A stretch of 64,000 nucleotides of DNA from contig JAOUEV010000002.1 in NCBI GenBank assembly GCA_029858565.1, positions 32,001 to 96,000 on the forward strand, in the 5' to 3' direction. The notes under the pieces were generated by a model. The model did no database searches. It was not told the DNA's origin and saw only the letters and a list, made by a program, of their open reading frames with translations. Both the position numbers and the translations under genes were made by a program. Positions 26,295 to 36,053 of the stretch are shown piece by piece. Within the stretch, counting starts at the first letter, position 1; each line of letters starts with the position of its first letter. The DNA comes from Nitrospirota bacterium (GTDB lineage: Bacteria > Nitrospirota > UBA9217).

Positions 26295-26768
26295 ATGAAA
26301 AGATTGCAACAATATACAGCTGTCGCCATCGCGGTAGTAATATTGCTGGGAGGCGGAGCGCAGGCTGCGACCTTGACCCCGGCGGTGACCGCGACCGGAA
26401 CGGTGCTCGATACCTGTTCGTCTGCCGTGGGCGGCAGCATAACTTTCACGATCGATCCGTCGTTGGCCGGTCCTATAACGGCGGCGACGAATGCCGGCGG
26501 GAATACGGCGCCAACGGTCAAGTGCACGAAAAATCAGGTCCACGCCGTAACCTGCGCGTCAGCAACAGGAAACAAATTGACGATCGGCAACGACGGTGTG
26601 ACGGATCCTATCATCTATACGATCACCGGCTGCCCGGCGGGCATCACCGGGCAGGGCTTCGGGACCGCCACTCCCATCGACTTCGGGCTCTCGGTGGATG
26701 CCGCAGCGTATCAGAATGCGCTCGCGGGCGCCCATGTGGATACGATAACGGTCACCATAACGTACTGA
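26295..26768 (+). CDS. Csu/SCPU-type pilin subunit 2
   Basis: Signal peptide; ATGTVLDTC...VKCT; C-terminal AGAHVDTITVTITY. Confidence 0.85.
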   Translation: MKRLQQYTAVAIAVVILLGGGAQAATLTPAVTATGTVLDTCSSAVGGSITFTIDPSLAGPITAATNAGGNTAPTVKCTKNQVHAVTCASATGNKLTIGNDGVTDPIIYTITGCPAGITGQGFGTATPIDFGLSVDAAAYQNALAGAHVDTITVTITY

Positions 26769-26823
26769 TCAAAGAGCAGGATGTCAGCCTGCTGGAAGGA
26801 ACCCGTCGGGGGGGGGCGTTGAC

Positions 26824-27354
26824 GTGAAGAAGGTTCTGATCATAGCAGCCGCGGGGCTTCTTGGAAGCCTGATGGGAAACGCATGGGCGGCAACGCCGTC
26901 CGGCTTTTCGTCAACGAACATAACCCTGAGCGCTCAGGTGGATATCGCATGCCAGGAAGCGCAGAAGGGGACGTTCCCTGCCCCGCTCATCATTGACACC
27001 CAGTCCGCGGTCGAACAGGTCTTTCCGGCAAGTGTCGATGAAAAGATCGCGTGCACAAGCGGCACCGTATTCACGGTCAGGGTAACGAGCGCGAACGGCA
27101 GCGCTGTGAACCAGACCTGCACCTCCAGCGGGGTGAACTCCATGGCTCTGAAATCTCTGGGATCGCCAGCTGATGTGATAGCGTATACGTTCCTGTGTGC
27201 CGGCGATACCGATGGGCTCGGTCACTTTACCGGTGCAGGTTTCGGCATACCCAAGGCCATCGGCATGAGCATCAAAGTGGCTTCCGCTGATGCGCAGGCT
27301 GCCGTGGCGCACGCAGATTATGCTGACACGGTAACGATGACGATATTCTACTAG
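26824..27354 (+). CDS. Csu/SCPU-type pilin subunit 3
   Basis: Signal peptide; LSAQVDIAC...IACTSGT; C-terminal ADYADTVTMTIFY. Confidence 0.82.
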   Translation: MKKVLIIAAAGLLGSLMGNAWAATPSGFSSTNITLSAQVDIACQEAQKGTFPAPLIIDTQSAVEQVFPASVDEKIACTSGTVFTVRVTSANGSAVNQTCTSSGVNSMALKSLGSPADVIAYTFLCAGDTDGLGHFTGAGFGIPKAIGMSIKVASADAQAAVAHADYADTVTMTIFY

Positions 27355-27440
27355 GATCGCCGGACCCACCGACAATCTGTGAACACGTGAACGCAGCATT
27401 TCGCATTGCATATGGCTGCGTTTTTTATTATACTCTCATT

Positions 27441-28628
27441 ATGCAGAACATCCTGCCGACAGCACGCGTTTCAATTCATCGCGTCGTTCTGCTCCTGCTG
27501 GTAATGACGATTGCGCTAGCGACCGAGTGCCGTGCCCTTACGATAACGCCGGCATCCGGGGCACTGTCGCCCGATGCCACCCAGTTTCTTCCCTATACCG
27601 CCACGACCACGCTGACAGCGGGCGGCGTACCGGCTACTCCGCCCTATACCTGGTCGGCAACGGGTCTTCCCGCAGGGCTCGTGCTGAGCACCTCGGGCGC
27701 GAATAACGAGATCTGCGTGATAACAGGCACTCCGACGGCCTCCGGTACCTTTGCCGCGATCACGATCACGGTGACCGACAGTAAAGCTCCGACCGCGAGG
27801 ACGGCATCGGGCACGTATACGCTTATCATCAATCCCTCTTGCCGGTTCGCAGGCACCAATACCGGTTCCATCGCATTCGGGAGCGCGGGCAGCATCGATC
27901 CGTCGACCTCACCGGGACCCATCATGAACACCGTGACCACGCAGGTCAATTTTCAGTGCGGCGCAGGACTTGGGTATACTGTTGCGGTCACGAACCCTCC
28001 CGGCGCTTTGCAAATGACCGGCGCCAATACGATCCCCTTTACCCTGGGAATCGCCTCGGGTACGAGCGCGTCGGACTCGACGCTGATCCCGCTGCTCGGT
28101 CCGAGCGCAGCTCCGGTAATCCCTGCATCGACGATCTCCAATTACGAAAACTTCGTGGTGGGGACATCCACCATCGGTCCGCTCACGGTCAACATCAGCT
28201 GGGCCGGGGCAGCGCCCGGTTCTCTGAATGCCACGGTGAATGTCGCTCCTGCTACCGTTGCCGATGTCTGCAGTACCCCCGTGAACGGATCGATCACCTT
28301 CACCATCAATCCTGTTGCTGCCGGGCCGCTTCTGCCGAATACAACGCTCGACGGCTCGTCTCCCACGGTAAAATGCACCAACGGCCAGAACCATGGGGTG
28401 TCTTGTACTTCGGCTCATGGCTACCAGCTGACGATCGGGAACGACGGGGTGACCGATCCCATCGCTTACACGATCACCGGTTGCCCCGCGACGGTTACGG
28501 GCAGCGGGTTCCTGACCGCGACGCCGATCAATTTCGGGCTTTCGCTTAACGCGACCGGCGCCGGAGGGTATCAGGATGCGGCGGCGGGGCCGCATGTCGA
28601 CACGATTACCGTTGAGGTCACCTATTAA
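27441..28628 (+). CDS. putative tip adhesin: putative Ig (He_PIG-like) domain plus two SCPU pilin domains
   Basis: Signal peptide; PYTWSATGLPAGLVL...ITGTPTASGTF..ITITVTDS Ig motif; C-terminal GPHVDTITVEVTY; own TTGCAT-17-TATACT promoter before ATG 27441. Confidence 0.78.
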   Translation: MQNILPTARVSIHRVVLLLLVMTIALATECRALTITPASGALSPDATQFLPYTATTTLTAGGVPATPPYTWSATGLPAGLVLSTSGANNEICVITGTPTASGTFAAITITVTDSKAPTARTASGTYTLIINPSCRFAGTNTGSIAFGSAGSIDPSTSPGPIMNTVTTQVNFQCGAGLGYTVAVTNPPGALQMTGANTIPFTLGIASGTSASDSTLIPLLGPSAAPVIPASTISNYENFVVGTSTIGPLTVNISWAGAAPGSLNATVNVAPATVADVCSTPVNGSITFTINPVAAGPLLPNTTLDGSSPTVKCTNGQNHGVSCTSAHGYQLTIGNDGVTDPIAYTITGCPATVTGSGFLTATPINFGLSLNATGAGGYQDAAAGPHVDTITVEVTY

Positions 28629-28712
28629 GTGGGTCCTTCGCAGACTGCTCTGCTGATTGCGCGCACGAGCAGGAATTTAATGAGCGGAACATTGCTTAAA
28701 GGAGTATGCCGC

Positions 28713-29591
28713 ATGAGCACTCAGGCACAGGAACGAAGAACGATTTCCGCAGGACGCAAAGGTTCCTCCGCAGCGCAATGGGCGGTATCGGCAAGCATGG
28801 CGCCTTTCGCATTTCCTGCGCCGATACGTCAGATTGCGCTGCTGATGGTCCTCCTGTTCCTTTCCGTTCATACGGATTATGCGCGTGCTGCAGATTTTCA
28901 GATACAGCCGACGATGCTCGAACTGGGCGGCGGTGTTAAGAGCGGCGCGTTTTCCGTGATCAACAACGGCGATGAAAGCATCAATTTTCAGATTTCCGTC
29001 AAGGCCTGGAATCAAGATGTGAACGGCAAGGATGTATACGAGGATACGAAGGACATCATCTTCTTCCCGAAGATCATGACCACGGGTCCCCATGAACAAC
29101 GGGCAATTCGGATCGGATATAAGGCGCCCCTGTCGGTGAACGAGAAGACCTACCGGCTCTTTGTCGAAGAGATTCCGTCCCCTAAAAAAGAGGCGGACTC
29201 GAATGCCAAGAGCAAGATCAGTGCCGGTATCACAATTGCATTCCGATTCGCAACGCCTATCTTCGTAAAGCCGCTCAAACCGCAGGAGTCGGCGGTCGTC
29301 GAAAAGCTGGACATGACCCGGGGTGTGGTCAAGGCGATGATCAGGAATACGGGAAACGTTCATATCAAGCTGTCCAGTGTGCTGCTGCGGGGAAAGACAG
29401 CGGACGGAACCGTGCTGTTCTCAAAGGAAATAGCCGGCTGGTACATTCTGCAGGGCCTGTCGCTGCCCTATGAGGCGGCCATCCCGCTGGTAAACTGCAC
29501 GGACTTGGCAACGATCGAGGTGAGTGCCAAGCCCGAGAACCTTGCGATCAACAGGACTCTGAATGTCCAGAAAGATATGTGCGCAAAATAA
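28713..29591 (+). CDS. periplasmic pilus chaperone (CsuC/PapD-like)
   Basis: FQIQPT.LEL, W.QD..GKD, IIFFP, QRAIRIG, EKTYRLFVEEIP, PIFVKP, NTGNVH; start uncertain, AAAGGAG RBS precedes 28713. Confidence 0.88.
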   Translation: MSTQAQERRTISAGRKGSSAAQWAVSASMAPFAFPAPIRQIALLMVLLFLSVHTDYARAADFQIQPTMLELGGGVKSGAFSVINNGDESINFQISVKAWNQDVNGKDVYEDTKDIIFFPKIMTTGPHEQRAIRIGYKAPLSVNEKTYRLFVEEIPSPKKEADSNAKSKISAGITIAFRFATPIFVKPLKPQESAVVEKLDMTRGVVKAMIRNTGNVHIKLSSVLLRGKTADGTVLFSKEIAGWYILQGLSLPYEAAIPLVNCTDLATIEVSAKPENLAINRTLNVQKDMCAK

Positions 29592-32500
29592 CCGAGGTGT
29601 GCAGCTCCGGGCGTGTCGGGCACGGACCCCCCGGGGCATCTTGCTAGGCCTCCTGTCCTGTTCCGGCATTCTCCTGAGTGTTTTGTTCCTCGCTGTTCCT
29701 CTGGCAGGGGCCGGAGAAATACCTGCGGCAATGACCGGAACGGATCGGGCTTTGACCGGCAGTGGCGCCCTTCCTGACGGGAAAATAACCACCCCTGTCG
29801 TTATCAGCGTGATCGTCAATACGGTGCCAAAAGGCGATCTGTTCGCGGAATTGGACGATGAAGGAAAGGTATTCCTGCGAGCGGACGATTTCCGGGCACT
29901 GAACCTGAAGTTCAGCGACGCCCGTATCGTGCTGATCCATGGCGAGCAATACCTTCCTGCCGATGCGGTCCTCGAGGCCACGCCCGCATTCGACGACAAG
30001 AAACTTATCCTCTCGTTCATCGGCAAAACCACGGAAGCGCACAGAACCACTGCCGAGATCTTTCAGCTCCATGCCAAGCCGCAGAGTGTCTATTATCCCC
30101 GCGAAACGAGCGCATTTCTCAATTACGGCCTGACCTACGGAGAAACAAATCCGTTCGGATACACCTCCTTTTCGGCGACCAGCAAGGTCGGGGCGAGGAC
30201 CGGGGATACGTTCTTTGTTTCCGATTCGCTCTATTCGAAGACCGAGGTGGACCAGAAGTTCGTTCGTCTCCACAGCAGCGTCACCTACGAACACCGCAAT
30301 GACCTCCAGTGGCTTACGATGGGAGACCAGTTCGCGAGGTCCGGCGAACTTGGCAGCTCCGTGAACCTGGGCGGGATCGGATTTTCCAAGGTCTACAAGA
30401 TCGACCCCTATTTTATCACCCAGCCGGTATTTGGTCTTCAGGGATCAGTCATCTATCCTACCCAGGCAGAGATATATCTGGACGGCATCCTGGTGGGCCG
30501 GCAGCAGATCGCGCCTGGAACGTTCGATCTGAAGAACATCTACTCCTACACCGGAAGCCACCAGGTCGAGGTCGTGCTCAAGGACCCTTTTGGCAAGGAA
30601 CAGCGGATCACCTCTCCGGTATACTTCAACACGTTCATGCTCCGCCAGGGACTGCACGAATACAGTTACAATATCGGCTATGTGCGGGAACAATATGGTA
30701 TGGAGAGCAACGAATACGGCGAGCCTGCGTTCATAGCGTTCCACCGATACGGTGTCACGAACGCCCTGAACATCGGCGCGCAGGCGGAAGGATCCAATGG
30801 GGTCTATAACGGCGGCATCTCCACCTCGTTCCTCCTTTCCCGGATCGGAGCCTTCTCGCTGTCGTACGCGGCAAGCACCGCGAGCGGGGAAAAAGGATCG
30901 GCAGCCTCATTCCAGCATACCTACCAGTTCGGGACCTTCAGCACGAACCTGCGGGCACGCAGCTTCTCGCGGAACTACGCTACCGTCGCCGCTCCTGCAA
31001 GCACCGCACAGGAACAGACGAAACAGGAATCCGGCGCCGGGGCCGGTTTCCTGCTGCTGCCTGTCGGAAGCATCTCTCTGAACTACTCCGAACGGGAGAG
31101 CTATAGCGGCGACACAACACGGATTCTCTCCGCGCATTACAGCAGGACGCTTACCAGGATGGTAAGCTTGTTCGCCACGGCATCGGAGACACGGCAGGCG
31201 GAGCGGGTAAGGAGCTTTTTTGTCGGACTCAATTTCAACTTCGACAATCACCTGTATGGCGCGACCCAGTACACCAAGACGGGCGACATGAACATGCAGA
31301 CGGCCCAGATACAAAAGGATGTCCCGGTCGGGGAGGGGTTCGGCTATCGTGCGACAGCGAGCCGGACCGAGGTCAATGGGATGACGTCGAATTCACTAAA
31401 TCCTCATGCGCAGTATAACGGGCCGTACGGCATCTATTCCGTTGATGTGAATGCGCAGCGCTCTGCAGGGGGATCTCAGCAGATATACTCCGTGACCGCC
31501 GCAGGCGCACTGGTATATGCCGGAGGATTCTCCGGATTGTCCCGTCCGGTAAGTGACAGCTTCAGTATTGTTATGCTGGATAATGTGGCGGGTGCGACCG
31601 TGCTGAACAACAGCCAGGAGATCGGGACAACGGATGCTTCGGGCAAGGTAATCGTTCCGACAATTACCTCCTATGGCCAGAATATGATCACCGCGGATGT
31701 GCGGAACCTGCCTATGGAATACAGCATCTCGGGCATGAACAGGGCGCTATCCCCATCTCTCTGGAGCGGATCCTGTCTCGCTTTTGAGGCGGTCAAGATG
31801 CAGGCGGTCACCGGAAACCTTTTTGCTGTGAAGGACAGCCGAAGAACACCAATGGAATATGTTGAGATATCGATCAACGCCGCGGGAAGAACACTGACCT
31901 TCCCGACCGGCAAGAACGGTGAATTCTACATCGAGAATACCATTCCCAAGGATATGGCTGCGGGGGACGATCAGCAGAGCTGTTCGGCAATTGCCGAGCG
32001 GAAAAAGACCGGAGGACGGGTCATCACGCCGGGTGTTTATCCTGCCTCGATCGACCTGGACGGCAGCGCATGCCTGTTTCAGATCACGTTCCCCGATACG
32101 GCCGATGTTATTACCGAACTGGGCGAGATCCAGTGTGAATTGAAGAAGGATATCCCTCAGGCTGTTCCTGAACCTCAGGCGGTGCAAATGCCCGCGCTTG
32201 TGGCCGTTGCACCGCCTGCGCACCAGTCTGCGTTGCAGGCTCCTTTCCGCGAGGTCACCGTGGGAATCCGGTTCGACCGCACCGGGAACCTGGAGCGTCA
32301 GCAGGATCGCAGAGCGCTCGCGGCCCTTGCCAAGGAGCTGGAAAAGAATCCGACGCTTGCCGTTGCGATAGAAGTGCACGGCGACCGGCAGGGAACGGAG
32401 CGGGACCAGCAGCGCACGGGAGCACGGGCAGCAGATCAGATCCGACGAGCGCTGATCCAGGCCGGCGTGCGCTCTGAGCGGATCGGGGCCGTCGAGAACC

Positions 32501-32601
32501 GGGGAAGGTCGAAGATGCTGTGCTCCGAGGAAACGGCGGAGTGCGATCGCATGAACCGCCGGGCGGTCATCCGGCTGGTGGGTGAAAGTTCTGCGCGGTG
32601 A
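29563..32601 (+). CDS. fimbrial outer-membrane usher (CsuD-like) with C-terminal OmpA-like domain
   Basis: SAFLNY, MGDQF, LGGIGFSK, VVLKDPFGKEQ, LRQGLHEYSYNIG, HRYGVT, GALVY...LSRPVSDSF, GTTDASG; tail HGDRQG...AGVRSERI...GRSKMLC....ECDRMNRRAVI. Confidence 0.88.
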   Translation: MSRKICAQNNRGVQLRACRARTPRGILLGLLSCSGILLSVLFLAVPLAGAGEIPAAMTGTDRALTGSGALPDGKITTPVVISVIVNTVPKGDLFAELDDEGKVFLRADDFRALNLKFSDARIVLIHGEQYLPADAVLEATPAFDDKKLILSFIGKTTEAHRTTAEIFQLHAKPQSVYYPRETSAFLNYGLTYGETNPFGYTSFSATSKVGARTGDTFFVSDSLYSKTEVDQKFVRLHSSVTYEHRNDLQWLTMGDQFARSGELGSSVNLGGIGFSKVYKIDPYFITQPVFGLQGSVIYPTQAEIYLDGILVGRQQIAPGTFDLKNIYSYTGSHQVEVVLKDPFGKEQRITSPVYFNTFMLRQGLHEYSYNIGYVREQYGMESNEYGEPAFIAFHRYGVTNALNIGAQAEGSNGVYNGGISTSFLLSRIGAFSLSYAASTASGEKGSAASFQHTYQFGTFSTNLRARSFSRNYATVAAPASTAQEQTKQESGAGAGFLLLPVGSISLNYSERESYSGDTTRILSAHYSRTLTRMVSLFATASETRQAERVRSFFVGLNFNFDNHLYGATQYTKTGDMNMQTAQIQKDVPVGEGFGYRATASRTEVNGMTSNSLNPHAQYNGPYGIYSVDVNAQRSAGGSQQIYSVTAAGALVYAGGFSGLSRPVSDSFSIVMLDNVAGATVLNNSQEIGTTDASGKVIVPTITSYGQNMITADVRNLPMEYSISGMNRALSPSLWSGSCLAFEAVKMQAVTGNLFAVKDSRRTPMEYVEISINAAGRTLTFPTGKNGEFYIENTIPKDMAAGDDQQSCSAIAERKKTGGRVITPGVYPASIDLDGSACLFQITFPDTADVITELGEIQCELKKDIPQAVPEPQAVQMPALVAVAPPAHQSALQAPFREVTVGIRFDRTGNLERQQDRRALAALAKELEKNPTLAVAIEVHGDRQGTERDQQRTGARAADQIRRALIQAGVRSERIGAVENRGRSKMLCSEETAECDRMNRRAVIRLVGESSAR

Positions 32602-32638
32602 CCGTGCGGGCATTGATGCAGGAGCGGGAGATCTGATC

Positions 32639-33829
32639 ATGAAAAGAGCATTCTGGTACGCGATCTTGCATTTGACGCTGGCAGTCACGGTTGTCATGCC
32701 AGCGGCGGCTGCGCCGAAGCAGGCCCCCGCTCGGCCCGTAAAGACGAAACGCCTGGTCAAGGCGAATAAGACTGTCACCCCTCTCTTGAATGTGCAGGGA
32801 TTCCGCCCCGGGATGAGGATGGCGGAGGTCCGGCAACTGCTCCGGAAAAAAGGGGTGAGCGAGTACACAACCGCGTACGCTGATCTGTTCGTCTACAGTC
32901 CGGCTCCGAACACCGAGATGCGGCTCCGGTTTACCTGCGGCGCCAAAGGCTGGGTGCTGGGGTCGGGCGAACTGGAAACGGTCTTCTCCCGGGAAGAATC
33001 TGCGATCGCCGTTCCACGCTACCGGGACATGCTGCTCGCGAAATACGGGACGCCGGTGCTCCCGTCCCCATCCCCGGACCGCATCGACCTCTGCTGGGGC
33101 GCGTGTCTTTCCGGCGCGAAAGGCGTCAGGGCCGTTGCCGCGACATCCGATGCTCCGGACGGGCTCGTGCGTCTTCGGCTGACCGTCGAGAACGCTGCGC
33201 TGGTGCAATCGTGCCAGGGCGATCGCGAGCGGAAGATCGGCCGTTGGCTCTCCCGGTGGACCCGGGATATCGCCAAGTTCCAGCTCGGGATGAGCCTGCG
33301 GGAGGCGTCCAAACTCTATCAGAAGCGTTATGGCGATCCGCTGCTCGTGGCGCGGGAAAAGGATGAAAGCGGCGGCAGGAAGGTCGTGACGATCCTGGCG
33401 ACGAACGAACACGATTTCTTCGCAGGCCTGGACGCCGACTCGCTCCTGTTCGAGGGAAAGGGGCCGGGACGCATTCACCTCAAATTCACCGGCAGCGAGG
33501 CGGAGTTCGCAACAGGGCTGAACCAGCGTCTCTTCGCGGCGTCCTTTACAACGACCGATTTCACGGACGAGCACCGGTTCTCCGATCTGGACGCGAAACT
33601 GGACATCTTCATCAAAGCCTACGGAAAGCCCTCCGACGTCATTCGCCTGACCGGGCTTATTACGGCCACGTGGCAGGGCGGCGGGAAACAGCGCACCCTC
33701 TCGATCGCCGACTCCGGCATGATCAGCATCGAGCAGTTCGACGGGGTCCTGCTGGAGACCTACCGGGACGCGGCGGTCCAGCGGCAACAGGGCGATGCGG
33801 GCACGAAGTTCGACCGGAACATCTTCTAG
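32639..33829 (+). CDS. exported hypothetical protein with two repeated domains
   Basis: Signal peptide; repeats GFRPGMRMAEV...LLAKYGTP and KFQLGMSLREA...FIKAYGKP. Confidence 0.7.
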   Translation: MKRAFWYAILHLTLAVTVVMPAAAAPKQAPARPVKTKRLVKANKTVTPLLNVQGFRPGMRMAEVRQLLRKKGVSEYTTAYADLFVYSPAPNTEMRLRFTCGAKGWVLGSGELETVFSREESAIAVPRYRDMLLAKYGTPVLPSPSPDRIDLCWGACLSGAKGVRAVAATSDAPDGLVRLRLTVENAALVQSCQGDRERKIGRWLSRWTRDIAKFQLGMSLREASKLYQKRYGDPLLVAREKDESGGRKVVTILATNEHDFFAGLDADSLLFEGKGPGRIHLKFTGSEAEFATGLNQRLFAASFTTTDFTDEHRFSDLDAKLDIFIKAYGKPSDVIRLTGLITATWQGGGKQRTLSIADSGMISIEQFDGVLLETYRDAAVQRQQGDAGTKFDRNIF

Positions 33830-33884
33830 AACACCACTTCCCTGCTTGTTGTCCACGATCCGCAAATCCTCTCCTTTTTTGCGA

Positions 33885-33914
33885 TTGACACTCATTTCCG
33901 CTATCTGGTATAGT
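33885..33914 (+). promoter_or_regulatory. trp operon promoter TTGACA-18-TATAGT (extended -10)
   Basis: Perfect -35 and TGG-TATAGT, about 30 nt before trpE. Confidence 0.75.
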
Positions 33915-33943
33915 AAAAACCTATTTATTTTTCAGGGAGTTTT

Positions 33944-35428
33944 ATGATCCGTCCTACGCTCGAAGAGTTCAAAGACAAGGCGAAAAAAGGGAATCTCATT
34001 CCCGTGTACCGCGAGATCCTGGCGGACATGGAGACGCCGGTGTCGGCGTTCCGGAAGATCGACGACGGCAGGTATTCCTTTCTGCTCGAATCGGTCGAAG
34101 GCGGCGAGAAATGGGCGCGCTATTCCTTTCTTGGCAGCAGGCCTGAGGTGGTGGTGCAGAGCCGGGACCGGCGGATCGAGATCCTCCGGCGGGGGAGGAA
34201 AGAGACCCGGACCTTTGAGAACGATCCCCTTGAGGCGATAAAGGACATCATGGCTGAATACCGGCCGGTACCCGATCCCGCTCTTCCGCGTTTCTACGGC
34301 GGCGGCGTGGGGTTCATCGGGTTCGACGTGGTCCGGTTCTTCGAATCCATGCCCGAGCGCAAGAAGCCGGGCCTTGATATCCCCGATGTGCTGTTCATGG
34401 TCACCGACACACTGGTGATCTTCGACAATGCGACCCACCGGATCAAGGTCCTGTCGAACGCCCATGTGAACGGCGGGTCCGTGACAGCGGCGTACAAGGA
34501 CGCGGTCAAGAAGATCGACGGGATCGTGAAAAAGTTAAAGAGCAGGGGCCGGGGGCCGGTAGCCGGTGGCCGGGGAAAGAAATCAAAAAGCGGCCAGCTT
34601 AAATCCAACTTTACGCAGGCGAAGTACGAGCAGGCGGTGCTGAAGGCCAAGGAGTACATCAAGGCAGGCGACATCTTCCAGGTCGTGCCGTCGCAGCGGT
34701 TCGAGCGCAAGGTCACGGCCGAGCCTTTTGAGATATACCGCGCGCTGCGGCTGATCAATCCATCACCCTACATGTACTACCTGCGCTGCGGTGACACAAC
34801 GGTGGTCGGCGCCTCGCCCGAGGTGATGGTGCGGCTCGAAGGCGAACGCATCGAGCTCCGTCCGATCGCGGGCACGCGGAAGCGCGGGGCGACCGAGGAC
34901 GAGGACCTGGCATTGGAGCGGGAACTCCTGGCTGATCCCAAGGAGCGGGCCGAGCACATCATGCTTGTCGATCTGGGCAGGAACGATGTCGGTCGGGTGA
35001 GCACGGCCGGCAGCGTTCATGTGTCCGAGCTCATGGTGATCGAACGGTATTCCCACGTCATGCACATCGTCTCGAACGTGCGCGGAACGATCGCGCCGGG
35101 CAGGGATGCCTATGACGTGGTCCGGGCGTGCTTCCCGGCCGGCACGGTCTCGGGCGCTCCCAAGATCAGGGCCATGCAGATCATTGACGAGCTGGAGCCC
35201 ACGCGGCGCGGCCCCTATGCCGGCGCGGTCGGATACTTCGGGTTCTCCGGCAGCATGGACACCTGCATCACGATCCGCACCCTGGTGATCAAGGATAAGA
35301 CAGCCTACATCCAGGCAGGCGGCGGCGTTGTTGCGGACAGCGTTCCCGCGCTTGAATACCAGGAAACGGTAAACAAGGCCAAGGCCATGATGCGGGCCGT
35401 GGAGATGGCGGAAGAGGGATTGGATTAA
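33944..35428 (+). CDS. trpE: anthranilate synthase component I
   Basis: [66 protein letters not shown]. Confidence 0.96.
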   Translation: MIRPTLEEFKDKAKKGNLIPVYREILADMETPVSAFRKIDDGRYSFLLESVEGGEKWARYSFLGSRPEVVVQSRDRRIEILRRGRKETRTFENDPLEAIKDIMAEYRPVPDPALPRFYGGGVGFIGFDVVRFFESMPERKKPGLDIPDVLFMVTDTLVIFDNATHRIKVLSNAHVNGGSVTAAYKDAVKKIDGIVKKLKSRGRGPVAGGRGKKSKSGQLKSNFTQAKYEQAVLKAKEYIKAGDIFQVVPSQRFERKVTAEPFEIYRALRLINPSPYMYYLRCGDTTVVGASPEVMVRLEGERIELRPIAGTRKRGATEDEDLALERELLADPKERAEHIMLVDLGRNDVGRVSTAGSVHVSELMVIERYSHVMHIVSNVRGTIAPGRDAYDVVRACFPAGTVSGAPKIRAMQIIDELEPTRRGPYAGAVGYFGFSGSMDTCITIRTLVIKDKTAYIQAGGGVVADSVPALEYQETVNKAKAMMRAVEMAEEGLD

Positions 35429-35991
35429 TGTTATTAATGATCGACAATTACGATTCCTTCACCTACAACCTGGTCCAGTACCTGGGCGAACTGGGGCAGG
35501 ACCTGAAGGTGTTCCGGAACGACAAGCTGGCCATCGCCGAGATCGAGGCCATGCGTCCCGAACGGATCGTGATCTCGCCGGGACCCTGCACGCCGAAAGA
35601 GGCGGGTATCTCGGTCGAGGTGATCAAACATTTCACCGGGAAGATCCCGATCCTCGGCGTCTGCCTGGGCCACCAGTCCATTGGCGAGGCCATGGGCGGG
35701 GACGTGATCCGGGCGCCCTACCTGATGCACGGCAAGACCTCGATGATCCATCACGACAACAGGACCATTTTCGCGGGACTGCCGAATCCCTTTGAAGCAA
35801 CGCGCTACCACTCGCTCATCATCAAGCGCGAGACGCTTCCTCCGGTCCTCGAAGTGTCGGCCTGGACCGACGACGGCATCATCATGGGCGTGCGGCACAA
35901 ACAGCACAAGCTGGAAGGCGTGCAGTTCCATCCCGAGTCCATCCTGACCGGCGCGGGCAAGGACCTGCTGAGGAATTTTTTGAAACTATAA
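35428..35991 (+). CDS. trpG: anthranilate synthase component II (glutamine amidotransferase)
   Basis: [33 protein letters not shown]. Confidence 0.95.
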   Translation: MLLMIDNYDSFTYNLVQYLGELGQDLKVFRNDKLAIAEIEAMRPERIVISPGPCTPKEAGISVEVIKHFTGKIPILGVCLGHQSIGEAMGGDVIRAPYLMHGKTSMIHHDNRTIFAGLPNPFEATRYHSLIIKRETLPPVLEVSAWTDDGIIMGVRHKQHKLEGVQFHPESILTGAGKDLLRNFLKL

Positions 35992-36053
35992 ATCAGATTT
36001 GCGAAAATAATTTGTTGTTTTTGTGCTTACTTAATTGTCATGAAGAGGGATAT

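Noticed and set aside
33830-33943. trp attenuator or leader peptide
   Set aside because: The promoter is about 30 nt from trpE; no Trp-codon leader ORF or terminator hairpin.
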